This document shows, piece after piece, positions 1 through 12,171 of a stretch of DNA of 64,000 nt. Location: positions 119,660,001 to 119,724,000 of the forward strand of contig JBNRSN020000015.1 in NCBI GenBank assembly GCA_051313645.2, written 5' to 3'. This DNA is from Centroscyllium fabricii. Its lineage: Eukaryota. The notes under the pieces are model-generated. The model was not told the origin of the DNA. It worked only from the letters and a program-made list of their open reading frames with translations, and made no database searches. Made by a program: the position numbers and the translations under genes. Position 1 is the first letter of the stretch, and every line of letters begins with the position of its first letter.

Positions 1-8
1 CGGCATCC

Positions 9-701
9 ATGCCTCACCCACAAGGCCTCACACCGGAACCCCGGATCGGGGTCCCGGAGCGTTACGCCGGTGAACCTGAGGAATGCAATCCCTTCCTCAC
101 AAACTGTTCCATTCTTTTTGCATTGCAGCCCCACACCTTTGCCAATGAGGCGGCAAAGGTAGCCTTTGCTATTAACCACCTTACAGGAAGAGCTCGCCTC
201 TGGGGAACCGCCGAGTGGGAGAGAGAGACTCTGGCTTGCTCTTCCTTCCAGATGTTTGCCATCGAATTAAGAAGGGTGTTCGGCATGGTGACCTACGGCT
301 CTGAAGCAGCTCGGGGACTCATGAATCTGAGCCAGGGTAATCAGACAGTGGCCGACTATTCCATAGATTTCAGAATCAGAGCTCATCAGAGTGATTGGAA
401 CTCTGCTGCATTGTGTGACGTTTTTCTCCATGGGCTTGCAGAGTACATCAAGGATGAACTGGCCTCCTATGATCTTCCCTCCACCCTGGATGAACTAATT
501 AGGCTTGCCACCAGGATTGACCTCCGTATCCAGGCGCGTCGACATGAGAGACGACTGGGAACGACTGGTCGACCTCTTCCGAACCGATCTCAAGAGATTT
601 TCGTGGCACCCAGGTCTACTGCTACAGCAAGGTCACAGTCAGCGGGGCCCGAACCGATGCAGTTGGGTCGCACCAGTCTCTCATTAGAGGAGCATGAATG
701 A
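9..701 (+). pseudogene. gag: gag (retrotransposon capsid, PEG10/sushi-like), truncated before the CCHC knuckle
   Basis: PERYAGEPEEC...LTGRARLW...LSQGNQTVADY...PEPMQLG. Stop TGA at 699-701 is CGA in the sister copy, which reads on into [14 protein letters not shown]. Confidence 0.9.
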
Positions 702-3700
702 CGCCGCCAGGGGAATCTCTGTCTGTACTGTGGCCAGGCCGGCCATTTTGTTTCCCGATCCCCAGCAAAAGACCGGGCTCACCAGTTGATGGGTTCGTAC
801 TGGTGAGCCGAACTCCTACAAGACTCTCTCCCAATCCACGACCCTTGTGCCAGGCCAGACTTCTTCTTCCCAGTGGTTCCCAGACTCTCGCCACCTTTAT
901 TGACTCTGGAGCCGGTGTTAATATTATTGATGAGGAGCTTGTCACGCAGCTGGAGATTGACCGGGTTCCACTGCCGCAGCCGGTTCCTGCCAATGCCCTC
1001 GACGGTCACCTCCTGGGAACGGTGACACATCAGACCTCACCGGTTCACATGCTTTTGTCTGGTAATCATTATGAAAGTATTCAGTTTCATATCCTGAAAT
1101 CACCTCGGCTTCCTTTGATTCTGGGACACACTTGGCTTCGACGCCACAACCCCCACATTGACTGGAACACAGGAACTATTCTGGGGTGGAGTTCCTCCTG
1201 TCACCAGGTCTGTCTGAAACAGGCTACCGTCTCCCGACAGCCATTAACACCTCTTCCCGCTCCAGATCTCTCGGTGGTCCCCACTGAATACCACAATTTT
1301 AGGGAGGTATTCAGCAAGGCTAGAGCCACGTCGCTGCCTCCACATCGCCCCTATGACTGCACCATTGATCTGCAGCCAGGTTCTTCTCCACCCAAGGGAC
1401 GCCTGTATTCCTTGTCTGCACCTGAGAGGGAGGCCATGGAAGCGTACATCAGCGACTCTATGGCGGCGGGGATCATCCGTTCCTCTTCATCACCTGCTGG
1501 GGCTGGATTCTTTTTTGTTGGTAAGAAGGACGGGTCGCTGCGACCATGCATCAACTACAGGGGCCTAAATGACATCACGATAAAGAACCGGTATCCTCTT
1601 CCACTCATCTCTTCTGCCTTTGAGTTGCTACAGGGGGCGATCATCTTTACCAAGCTTGACCTTCGTAACGCCTATCACCTGGTCCGGATCCGAGAGGGCG
1701 ATGAATGGAAGACAGCTTTCAACACTCCCTCTGGTCATTATGAATACCTCATAATGCCGTTCGGGTTAACCAACGCCCCGGCGTTATTCCAAGCCTTGGT
1801 GAATGACGTGTTAAGGGACATGCTGAAACGGTTCGTGTTCGTTTACATGGACGACATTTTGATTTTTTCTAAGTCTCGTGAGGAGCATGTTCACCATGTC
1901 CAAACTGTCCTGCAACGGCTCCTCGAGAACTCGTTATTTGTGAAGGCGGAGAAGTGTGAGTTTCACGTCACTACCGTATCTTTCTTGGGGTACATCATTG
2001 CGCAGGGGAGCGTGCAGATGGATCCAGAGAAGGTGTCCGCTGTCACGTCTTGGCCTATTCCGGAGACACGTAAGCAGCTACAGCGGTTCCTGGGGTTCGT
2101 GATCTTCTATCGAAGGTTCATTCGTGGCTACAGCACGGTAGCGGCCCCGTTATCGGCCCTTACCTCCTCTAAGGTGCCGTTTCTGTGGTCTTCCGTAGCG
2201 GAGGAGGCTTTTCGAGGTCTCAGGTCCCGGTTCACCTCTGCTCCCATTCTCCAGGTGCCTGATCTGGATCAGCAGTTCGTGGTAGAGGTGGACGCATCAG
2301 ATGTTGGAGTAGGGGCTATTCTGTCCCAACGTTCTGCTTCCGACCAAAAGCTACATCCCTGTGCCTATTTTTCTAAACGCCTGTCCTCGGCTGAGAGGAA
2401 TTATGACATCGGGAACCGGGAGTTACTGGCGGTCAAGATGGCATTGGAGGAGTGGCGCCATTGGCTAGAGGGGCCCAAGCTGCTGTTCCTAGTCTGGACA
2501 GACCATAAGAACCTCGAATACATTCGTACAGCCAAGAGGCTGAATTCACGGCAGGCCAGGTGGTCCCTCTTCTTTACTCGTTTCAACTTCTCCCTCTCCT
2601 ACCGGCCTGTTTCTCGCAATATCAAGCCTGATGCTCTGTCCCGCCAGTTCCAGAAGGAGGAGAGTTCCGCTCCTGGATCTGACCTCATCCTTCCAGCTCC
2701 ATGTCTGATTGCTGCCGTTACGTGGGAGATCGAGGAGAGAGTAAGATCAGCCGTGGAGAATCAGGCTGGACCCAGCGGTTGTCCTCCCAACCGTCTGTTC
2801 GTTCCCAGGGACCTTCGACCTGATGTTCTCCAGTGGGCCCACACTTCCAAGCTTTCCTGCCATCCGGGGGCTCAAAGGACCAAGGAGGTTATACTGCGGA
2901 GGTTCTGGTGGGATACTCTGGAAGAAGACACCCGGGAGTTTGTCAACGCCTGCTCGGTCTGCAACCAACACAAGCCATCTCATCGGGCTCCCGCTGGTCT
3001 CCTGCAACCTCTGCCGGTGCCACATCATCCTTGGTCCCACATATCCTTGGACTTTGTTACCGGTCTGCCTCCATCCAAGGGACTAACCACTATCCTGACA
3101 GTGGTGGACCGATTCAGCAAGATGGCTCATTTCATACCTCTGCCTAAACTGCCCTCGGTGAAGGAGACGGCAAAACTTATGCTGCAACATATTTTCTGTC
3201 TTCATGGTCTTCCTGTCGATGTAGTCTCTGATCGGGGTCCACAGTTTACATCAGTATTCTGGAGGGAGTTCTGCAGGCTGATCGGGGCCACAGTCAGTCT
3301 GTCTTCAGGTTTTCATCCGCAGTCCAACGGGCAGTCTGAACGCATGAATCAGGAGATGGAGAAGGCTCTACGATGCATGGTCTCCCAGAATCCCTCTTCC
3401 TGGTCCCAGTTACTCCTGTGGGTAGAGTACGCCCACAACACCCTGACCAGTTCCGCCACCGGACTCTCCCCGTTCCAGTGCGCCTATGGGTTCCAGCCCC
3501 CATTGTTTCCGGACCTGGAGAGGGAGGTTTCCTGTCTGTCCGTCCAGTCATTTATTCATCGTTGTCGCTGGACTTGGGCCCAGGCACGGACTTCGTTGCT
3601 TCGCTCAGCGGACCGCTACTCTGCCGCTGCCAATCGTCGTCGCTCGGAGGCTCCTACCTATCAGGCTGGTCAGAAGGTGTGGCTCTCCACTAAGGACCTG

Positions 3701-4223
3701 CCCCTCCAGGTGGAGTCTAAGAAGCTAGCTCCCAGGTTTATCGGTCCCTTCGAGATCCAGAAGGTCATCAACCCAGCTTCCTCGATCCATGCGGGTTCAT
3801 CCCACTTTTCATGTGTCGCGGGTCGAACCAGCATGAGAGAGTGCATTGGTGCCTGTTGCCACGCCCCCTCCGCCTCCTCGTATGCTCGACAGGGGGTTGG
3901 TCTGCACTGTTCGCTGCCTGCTTCGCTCCCGTCGCCGAGGGAGAGGACTTCAGTACCTGGTGGACTGGGAGGGGTATGGTCCAGAGGAGAGGTCCTGGGT
4001 TCCTGCTCATCACATTGTTGATCCTCAGCTTATGGCCGACTTCCACAGAAGGCACCCCGACCAGCCGAGTAGGAGGACTGCGCCCCCTGGGGAGTCTGGG
4101 CAAGGGACCAGTTCCGTGCATTCTCCTGAAACCCTGGACGAGGAGGTGCAGTCCTCTGATGAGGTGAATTCCCTTCATTCAATTGATGAAATGGACGTGG
4201 ATGAGGGTCCTGAGGAATATTAG
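698..4223 (+). pseudogene. pol: pol: protease (FIDSGA), RT (YMDD), RNase H (DAS), integrase (HHCC, SDRG, GPF), chromodomain; frameshift near 3776
   Basis: 1107-aa ORF with these motifs. The chromodomain ([17 protein letters not shown]) is in a shifted frame (3846-4223) after a 17-nt deletion relative to the sister copy. Confidence 0.93.
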
Positions 4224-4307
4224 TCCCTCCTCCGCACCCCCTCCGCCCACCCGACTCCGGCATTTGGGGTTTGGGACGTCGGGAGCCGTCCCTTGAGGGG
4301 GGGGTTC

Positions 4308-4812
4308 TGTCATAGGTTGGCTCTTCCCCTTTCACTCATAGGTTGGCTCTTCCTCTTTATCTGGTTATCACCTCGTTAGCTCTACTGCCCGCACCTGATT
4401 GAACAGCCCAGAGTCACCAGTGATAATCAAGATCTGTATATAAGCCCCTGCTTTCTACCTAGTGGTTGCCAGATCGTTTGTGCTTTCTGACTGATATACC
4501 TGTGTTTTGTTCTAAGCTCTCTGATCCTGCCTATTCGAGATACTGACCTGCTTTCTGGAATTTGGATTCTCTTCTGCCTGACCTCGTTTGGATTTGTCAC
4601 TCTCGTGGACTGACTACCCGGTATTGACCTGTTTCTGGAATTTGGATTCTCTTCTGCCTGACCTCTGTTTTGGACTTGTTGCCTCCATGACCTTTCTGCC
4701 TATATATCGACCCACTGTTACCTATGTCTTCTACTGCTCAGAAATAAAGGAGTTTACTTCTACGTATGCTGTTTCGGTGTATTGCATTTGGGCCCAACCT
4801 ACAACCATTACA
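4308..4812 (+). repeat. 3' LTR of sushi-type element
   Basis: TGTCATAGG...CCATTACA, TATATAAG ~4437, AATAAA ~4743. Matches the LTRs at 54226-54700 and 60950-61450. Confidence 0.93.
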
Positions 4813-5524
4813 GTTCAGTCCTTCCAGTGGGCTTAGCAGGCCAATTAAGGGAAAGCTGGTTACAGAGAACGTCAACACATAACGTTTCATCCAGTCAAAT
4901 ATTTTTGACAGATGAATTGTTATCGTTTGACATCTCTGTGAAGCTGTCAAACACTGATATTCTCTGTAGTTTGATGAGATCGTGAATTCAAGACATCAAA
5001 CCTCTTTCTTTTACAGAAATTAGATGGTTGTTGCATTGGAGAGTACAGCAACCATTTCTGCCGCAGAGGTGCGAGACTCTCCGCATACCCACCGACTGAA
5101 GCCTGCAGGAAGAAACCAAGGTAAGTACACGTTTTCTAACACTATCCACTTACCTCAGAGACTCACCTCTCCACACTTGCACCCATCACGCACCTTCACA
5201 GCGCACTTTTGCACCCCTCCGACCCCTGCAGACCCACTGCTCACCTTGGTGACCCTGGCGGGCTTCGGAGCCTTCGGGAAGCCCGCACTTGTGAGGGCAA
5301 AAGGTGATAATCCTATTTTCTGCCTGTTAACTACCTGTTAACAGGCAGTTAAATGGCTGTAATTCCTTCCCGCCTCCAAGGAGGTGGGACCTGGCGCGGG
5401 ATGGCTTCCCGCCTCCTGGGAAGATGGCACGGAGGCGGGTTGGGGACCTGCCCCCAAATTCTGCCATTTTCCCATCAGTCCCGCCTCCATACCTGCCTCC
5501 CCAGGGTTGGCAAGGTTGCGCCCG
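4813..5524 (+). mobile_element. Harbinger/PIF-like non-autonomous element, right part (host of the sushi element)
   Basis: Colinear with the copies at 31570-32399 and 38237-43897 (GGCCAATTAAGG...TTTGACAG...AAGGTAAGT...TTAACAGGCAGTTAA...CCCCAGGGTTGGCAAG). Confidence 0.6.
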
Positions 5525-5589
5525 ATGTGTTCCTGCTGCATCTTCGGAGAGCAGAAGTGCGATCAACCTATCCTCTTCAACCAAACTAA

Positions 5590-7565
5590 TTTATAGAACC
5601 ATAGAGTCATAGAAATGTATGGTACAGAAGGAGGCCATTCAACTCAGCGTGTCCGTGCCGGCCAACAAAGGGCTATCCAACCTAATCTCACTTTCCAGCT
5701 CTTGGTCCGTAGCCCTTGTAGGTTGCGGCACTTCAAGTGCATATCCAAGCACTTTTTAAATGTGATGAGGGTTGTTGCCTCTACCACCCTTTCAGGCAGT
5801 GAGTTCCAGACCCCCACCACCCTCTGGGTGAAAAATGTTCTCCTCAGCTCCCCTCTAACCCTTCTACCAGTTACTTTAAATCTATTCCCCCTGGTTTTTG
5901 ACCTCTCTGCTAAGGGAAATAGGTCCTTTCTATCCACTTTATCTAGATCCCTCATAATTTTATACACTTCAAATAAGTCTCCCTCAGCCTCCTCTGTTCC
6001 AAACAAAACAACCCCAGCCTCTCCAATCTTTCCTCGTAGCTAAAATTCTCCAGTCCTGGCAACATCCTCGTAAATCTCCTCTGCACCTTCTCTAGTGCAA
6101 TCATATCTTTCCTGTAATGTGGTGACCAAAACTGCACACAGTGCTCCAGCTGTGGCCTAACTAGTGTTTAATACTGTTTAAACATAACCTCCCTGCTCTT
6201 ATATTCTATGCCTTGGCTAATAAAGGAAAGTGTCTCGTATGCATTCTTAACCACCTTATCTACCTGTCCTGCTACCTTCAGAGGTCGATGGATATGCACT
6301 CCAAGGTCCCTCTGTTCCTGTTCACTTCTCAATATCCTACCATTTACCATGTATTCCCTTGCCTTGTTAGCCCTCCTCAAATGCATGACCTCATACGTCT
6401 CTGATTGAATTCCATTGTCACTTTTCTGCCCACCTGACCAGTCCATTGATATCTTTCTGCAGTCTACAGCTTTCTTCCTCACTATTAACCGCACGGCCAG
6501 TTTTTGTATCACCTGCAAACGTCTTAATCATGCCCCCCTACATTGAAATCTAAACCATTGATATATACCACAAAAAGCAGAGGACCCAGTACTGAGCCCT
6601 GCGCAACCCCACTGGAAACCACTTTCCAGTCACAAAAAACATCCATTGACCATTACCCTTTGCTTCCTGCCACTGAGCCAATGTTAGATCCAACTTGCCA
6701 CTTTCATGACCAGTCTGCCATGCGGAACCTTATGGGTGGCGTGGTGGCATAGTGGTCAGCACTGTTGCCTTACAGCACTAGAGACCCGGGTTCAAATCCA
6801 GCCTCGGGTACTATCTGTGTGGAGTTTGCACATTCTCCCCGTGTCTGCGTGGGTTTCCTCCAGGTGCTCCGGTTTCCTCCCACAGTCCAAAGATGTGCGG
6901 GTTAGGTTGATTGGCCAGGATAAATTGACCCTTAGTGTTAGGGGGATTGAATATGTGGGGTTACGGGGTTACGGGGATAGGGTGGGATATGTGTCGGTGC
7001 AGGCTCGATGGGGATATGGGGCAAGGCAGGGGCGGGGTACTGGGTTTGGATGATCAGCCATGATCTCATTGAATGGCGGAGCAGGCTCGAAGGGCTGAAT
7101 GGCCTACTCCTGCTCCTATCTTCTATTCTTCTAAAAGCCTTGCTAAAACCCATATAGACGACATCAAACGCACTACATCATCAACCCTCCTTGTTACCTC
7201 CTCAAAAAATTCAATCAAGTTAGTGAGACACGACCTTCCCTTAACAAATCCATGCTGATTGTCCTTGATTAATCAGTGCCTTTCTGAATGCTGATTCATA
7301 CTGTCCCTCAGAATTTTTTCCAACAATTTTCCCACCACTGAGGTTCGGCTCCCGATCCTGCAATTACTCGGTCTACCACTGTCTCCCTTTTGACAAAACA
7401 TTACAATGTTAGCAGTCCTCCAGTCCTCCGGCACCACACCTGCAGCCAGAAAAGATGAAAAATGATGATCAGGGCTTCTGCTATTTCCTCCCTTGCTTCT
7501 CTTAACAGCCTGGGATACATTTCAGCCGGGCCTGGGGATTTATCCACTTTCAAAGATGCTGAACC
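5590..7565 (-). mobile_element. CR1 LINE 3' fragment, decayed, interrupted by a SINE at 6734-7128
   Basis: Broken RT C-terminal peptides ([10 protein letters not shown]...ERLERLGLF; FFTQRVVGVWNSLP) and a microsatellite tail at ~5592-5615. Confidence 0.88.
6734..7128 (+). mobile_element. HE1-like tRNA-derived V-SINE
   Basis: tRNA-like head (GGTGGCATAGTGG...GGGTTCAAATCC), V-domain (GTGTGGAGTTTGCACATTCTCCCCGTGTCTGCGTGGG), CR1-like 3' tail. Confidence 0.85.
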
Positions 7566-7625
7566 CAAGTACACCTATTCAAGTAAAACTCCTCAATGGG
7601 CCAACAAGACAAAACCTAACTGAAA

Positions 7626-8052
7626 CTCACTGGAGTTTCGAAGAATGAGAGGGGATCTCATCGAAACTTATAAAATTCTAAAAGGACTAGACAGACTGGA
7701 TGCAGGAAGGATGTTCCCGATGGTGGGAGAGTCCAGAACCAGGGGTCATAGTCTAAGGATAAGGGGTAAGCCATTTAAGACAGAGGTGAGGAGGAATTTC
7801 TTCACCCAGAGAGTGGTGAACCTGTGGAATTCTCTACCATAGAAGTGCCATAGAGGCCAATTCATTAAATATATTCAAAAAGAAGTTGGATATATTTCTT
7901 AAGGCTAAATGGATTAAGGGATATGGGGCGAAGGCAGGGACAGGGTTTCTGAGTTTGGATGATCAGCCATGATCTCACTGAGTGGCAGAGCAGGCTCGAG
8001 GGACCGAATGGCCTACTCCTGCTCCTATCTTTTATGTTTCTGTGTTTCTATG
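7626..8052 (+). mobile_element. CR1 LINE 3' end fragment
   Basis: MRGDLIETYKIL...FFTQRVVNLWNSLP, then 3' UTR and a TTTCTATG-type tail. Confidence 0.88.
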
Positions 8053-8075
8053 AAAAGGACTCTAAATGTGACACC

Positions 8076-10117
8076 TGTAGCAAGTCCGTGGTGCCGGTGG
8101 CAGCGAGGGGGACTGCTTCTGGCCAGCGAGTGTTGCGGTCGACCATGGTCATGACGTGTGTGTGGCCCCGGGATGGCGGTACTGGCCCGACGAGGTCGAT
8201 GTGGACGTGGTCGAAGCGTCTGGCCGGCACTGTGAAGGTTTCCAGCGGTGCCCTGATGTGCTTGTGCACTTTGGAGCGCTGGCAGGCAATGCAGGAGTTG
8301 GTCCAGGCGCGGACGTCTTTGCGCAGGCCGCGCCACACGAAACGGGCCGAAATTAGCTTAATGGACATGCGGGTGCTGGGGTGGGACAGGCCATGGAGGG
8401 TCTCGAAGATGTGTCGCCTCCATGCGTGGGGGACGACGGGTCTGGGCTGCGGTAGGGAAACGTCGCAGCAGACGACTGTGGCAGCGGGGCCATGTGCGAT
8501 TTTGGCCAGGTGTAGGCCAGGGAGGTTTGCTGCTGGGTCGAGCAGGTCTGGGTCGGCCAGCTGGTCTGCTGCCAGCTTGGCGTAATCGACCGCCATTTGG
8601 GCGGCGTTAATTGCGGGGCGTGAGAGGCAGTCAGCAACCACGTTGTCGCGGCCGGAGATATGCTGAATGTCGGTAGTGAACTCCGACACAGCCGCGAGCT
8701 GGCGCTGCTGCCTGGCCGACCAGGGTTCGGCGACCTTAGCCACAGCGAAGGTGAGTGGCTTGTGGTCGACGAAGGCTGTGAAGGGACGGCCCTCCAAGAG
8801 GAAGTGAAAATGGCGCACTGCGAGGTAGAGAGCGAGGAGCTCCCTGTCGAAGGCGCTGCACTTGACCTCTGGGGGCCGAAGTTGCCGGCTGAAAAAGGCC
8901 AGGGGCTGCCAAGAGTTGCCGGTCCACTGTTCAAAGACGGCCCCGACAGCGTGGTCGGAGGCGTCAGTGGTGAGGGCCACTCTGGCGTTGGGCCTGGGGT
9001 GGGCTAGGAGGGTGGCGTTGGCCAGGGCGGTTTTGGTTGCGGTGAAGGCGGTGGCGGCGTCGGCCATCCACTCTACCGCAGTTTTGCCGGACTGCCCGCG
9101 TGTGGCCTGGTATAGGGGGGCCATGAGAGCGGCTGCTCCTGGGATAAAGCGGTTATAAAAATTAACCATCCCCAGGAATTCCTGCAGCCCCTTAATGGAG
9201 TGCGGGCGGGGGAATTCCTGAACTGCCTGCACCTTGGAGGGCAGGGGTATGGCCCCGGATTGGGAAATGCGGTGGCTGAGGAAGTCTATGGTCTCGAGGC
9301 CGAATTTGCATTTTGAGGGGCTTAATATAAGGCCGTGTTCGACCAGGCGCTGGAACAGGGTCCTGAGGTGCAGGAGGTGTTCCTGGGGGGAGGTGCTGGC
9401 CACGAGGATGTCGTCCAAGTAGACGAAAATGAACTTCAAGTCCCGTAGGACCGAGTCCATGAGGCGCTGGAAAGCCTGGGCCGCGTTTTTAAGGCCGAAG
9501 GGCATCCTAAGGAACTCGAAGCGTCCGAAGGGGGTGATGACGGCAGTTTTGGCGATGTCCGCCGGGTGCACCGGAACCTGGTGGTAGCCACGCACCAGGT
9601 CGATCTTAGAGAAGATCGTGCAGCCTGCTAGTCTGGCGGAGAAATCCTGGATGTGGGGTACGGGGTACCTATCCGGGGTAGTGGCGTTGTTTAGGCGCCG
9701 GTAGTCGCCGCAGGGGCGCCAACCCCCGCCCGGCTTGGGGGCGATGTGGAGGGGAGAGGCCCAGGGGCTGTTGGAGCGGCGGGTTATGCCGAGTTGTTCC
9801 ATGGTGCGGAACTCGGGGCGCGCGATCTCCAGTTTGGCCGGGTCCAGCCTGCGGGCGTGGGCATGTACAGGAGGGCCAGTGGTGGTAATAAAATGCTCTA
9901 CCCCGTGTTTGGCCCGGCGGGCGGTGAACGTGGGATTGGTAAGGGTGGGGAACTCCGCGAGGAGCGTGCCGTATGCGTCAGAGTTCCGGGAGCGGCATTG
10001 TGCCGCCGCGTGGGCCAGGAGTGCGGGCCCTGTGGAGCATGGGATGGTCGACCAGCAGGCCGTGGGCGCAGAGGAAATCTGCCCCGAGGAGGGGTGAAGT
10101 GACCTGGGCTGTGACAA
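8076..10117 (-). pseudogene. pol: pol RT-RNase H-integrase, integrase truncated after the first catalytic Asp region
   Basis: WASPLH...DYRRLN, YLDD, TDAS, HGLSHP...CIAC, HIDLVGP. The open frame runs into flanking DNA at 8076. Confidence 0.9.
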
Positions 10118-11078
10118 AGTCCCAGTGATACGTGTGGCCGGCGAGCTTAATAGTGATCTTGCGGGTGCTGTACGTTTTTATATTGGAGCCGTTGGCCGCT
10201 GCGAGTAGCGGGCCCCGGGTGCCTTGTTTGGCTTCTGCTGGGGAGGCTGGCACGATGCTGTGCTGTGCGCCTGTGTCGCAGAGGAACCGGAGGCCTGTGC
10301 CGCTGTCTGTGACAAAGAGCAGTGCTCCTGTGTGTCCTACAGACATAGTGGGGGCTGGTGTGGGCCGTGGCTTAAATGCGCAGGGCTGTACGCAGCGGTG
10401 CGCTTTATTATCGAACCGCGTGTGGTAGTAGCACCAGCCGGTGCTTGATGGACGCGGTTTCCTGGGTGGGCACGGGGCCCTGGGTTCAGGCGTTGGGTTG
10501 GACCTGGGGGGCGAGTGGTTGCGCTCAATGGATGCGGCATTAGGGTCGCACGTGGTGGAGCGGGTGCGCTCGGCTGCCATGAGCCTGTCGGCTTCCTCGG
10601 CTAGCTCGTCCCCGTTCCGGTGGCAGAGGGCCGCCAGGGCCGGTCTGATGGAGCGGGGTAGTTTGAGGAGGAAAACGGTGCGGAACAGGGAGGCGGGATC
10701 TGCGGTGAGCGCTTGCATCTGACCCCAAAGGTCCGATGGGTCTGCGTCCCCGAGTTCGGGGAGGTTAAGGAGCTGGCAGTCGCGCTCAAATTGGGAGGGG
10801 GTAAAAAATTTTAGCAGCGCGGCCTTAAGGAACTCATACCTGCCTGCTGTGGGCACACGCTGTAGCTTCGACCACATCCGATTGATCATCGATTGCGGTA
10901 GGGCTGAAAAGACCAAGTCGTAGCGGTCATCCCCCTGGACGCCGTGTGTGCAGCAGCTGGTTTCGATGCACATAAACCAGGCCGCTGGGCGCTGCTCCCA
11001 GAACTCCGGTAGTGTAAGTCTGTGTCCGAAGTTCTGGCCAAGTCTTTGGGTTCGAGAAGCTTGGTTCCTTGTAGTCAT
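9978..11078 (-). pseudogene. gag: gag-protease of CsRN1-like element (frame break near 10050)
   Basis: LPEFWEQRPAAWF N-terminus, WCYYHTRFDNKAHRCVQPC, protease LCDTGA and LLGADFL. Confidence 0.85.
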
Positions 11079-12171
11079 GTTTAACTTTTAAAGTGTCCTG
11101 AGGCTGCTTGGTCTTTGGTCCTGTAGCTGCTTTTTCTCCTTGGAAGTCGTTCCAAGTCAGGGTCACCAGTGTAGCGCTTGCAGGACCCAAGAACCACGCG
11201 GGAGCCAGAGAGACAGAAAAACACTTGTTTAATACATTACAGTAAGGAAGGAAGAGCGTGAAACACGAGGAGCGAGCTTATTTAAAAGACCCGCTTTAGT
11301 GACCTCATCACACCGAGGGATGGTGGTGACGTCATCACGTCACCCGATGGGCGGGGCTATGCCCCGCAGCTCTCGAGGCGGATTCGTCAGTCTTAGTGTG
11401 CCGCCACACACCTGGCTGGAAACCCAATAGATGGTTTCCAGCATGGTAAAGAAATGGTGGATATTTTCAAAAGGTTAGCACATTGAAGAGAATAGCTGCC
11501 ATGTCGAAAAGTGAAGTGTTCCATTGAGTCACTCTCCAGTATGGCAATTGATTAAGTCTGACCTGCAGAAACCACTCCATATGAACTGCACCACCCAATT
11601 TGGAAGGATGGATTGATGAGGAATATTTCAAAGAAATTAAGTAAATGGGAAAAGTATTCTTTTTAAAACACTGGTTCTATCCTAGAGGGAAGAGGTCCAT
11701 CTATCAATGTCTGCACGAGTCATCCAAAGCACGGTGGAGTCATTTGTTTGGTATAAGTGGTTCAGATTAGGACGAATGTGCACCATCAAATAGTGAAACC
11801 CTGAGCCAAGCCAAGGAAATGAAAAAGCATCCCAAACTATCCTGATGCTTTACCCAGGGCAGTGATCTCTAACTTGACATAATTAATCTTATAGTCTGAC
11901 ACAAAACCATACTGCTGAATACTCTCCTTCACACAAGGTAAGGAAAGCTGGGGGGAGCTAGAAATATATAAAAGAGCACTGGCCCCAATGATGTTTTATG
12001 CTTGTCCACCTTTCAAATCCCTCGAATGTCTAGTGTGGCACAAGTGGTTTAATGGGCAGGACAAAAATTAAGGGCAATAGAAAACTCATCTGCCAAGTGC
12101 CTCAGAGCAATTCAAACTGAGAAGCTACAATCCAATTGGAGACCATTGATGAAATTGGGGCAAGTGTGTAT

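Larger units (their letters stand above)
1..4812 (+). mobile_element. Ty3/Gypsy chromovirus (Tf1/sushi group) LTR retrotransposon, 5' end outside window; decayed
   Basis: Order is gag, PR, RT, RH, IN, chromodomain. PPT GAGGGGGGGG at ~4295-4304. 3' LTR TG...CA at 4308-4812. Near-identical to the element at 54226-61450. Confidence 0.95.
8076..11408 (-). mobile_element. Ty3/Gypsy element of CsRN1-like type; 3' portion deleted
   Basis: 5' LTR 11170-11408 (TGTGGC...GCTACA). PBS TGGTGACCCTGAC (11156-11168, tRNA-Trp type). Gag motif C-X2-H-X9-C-X3-C. 4-bp TSD CACC at 8072-8075 and 11409-11412. Confidence 0.88.
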
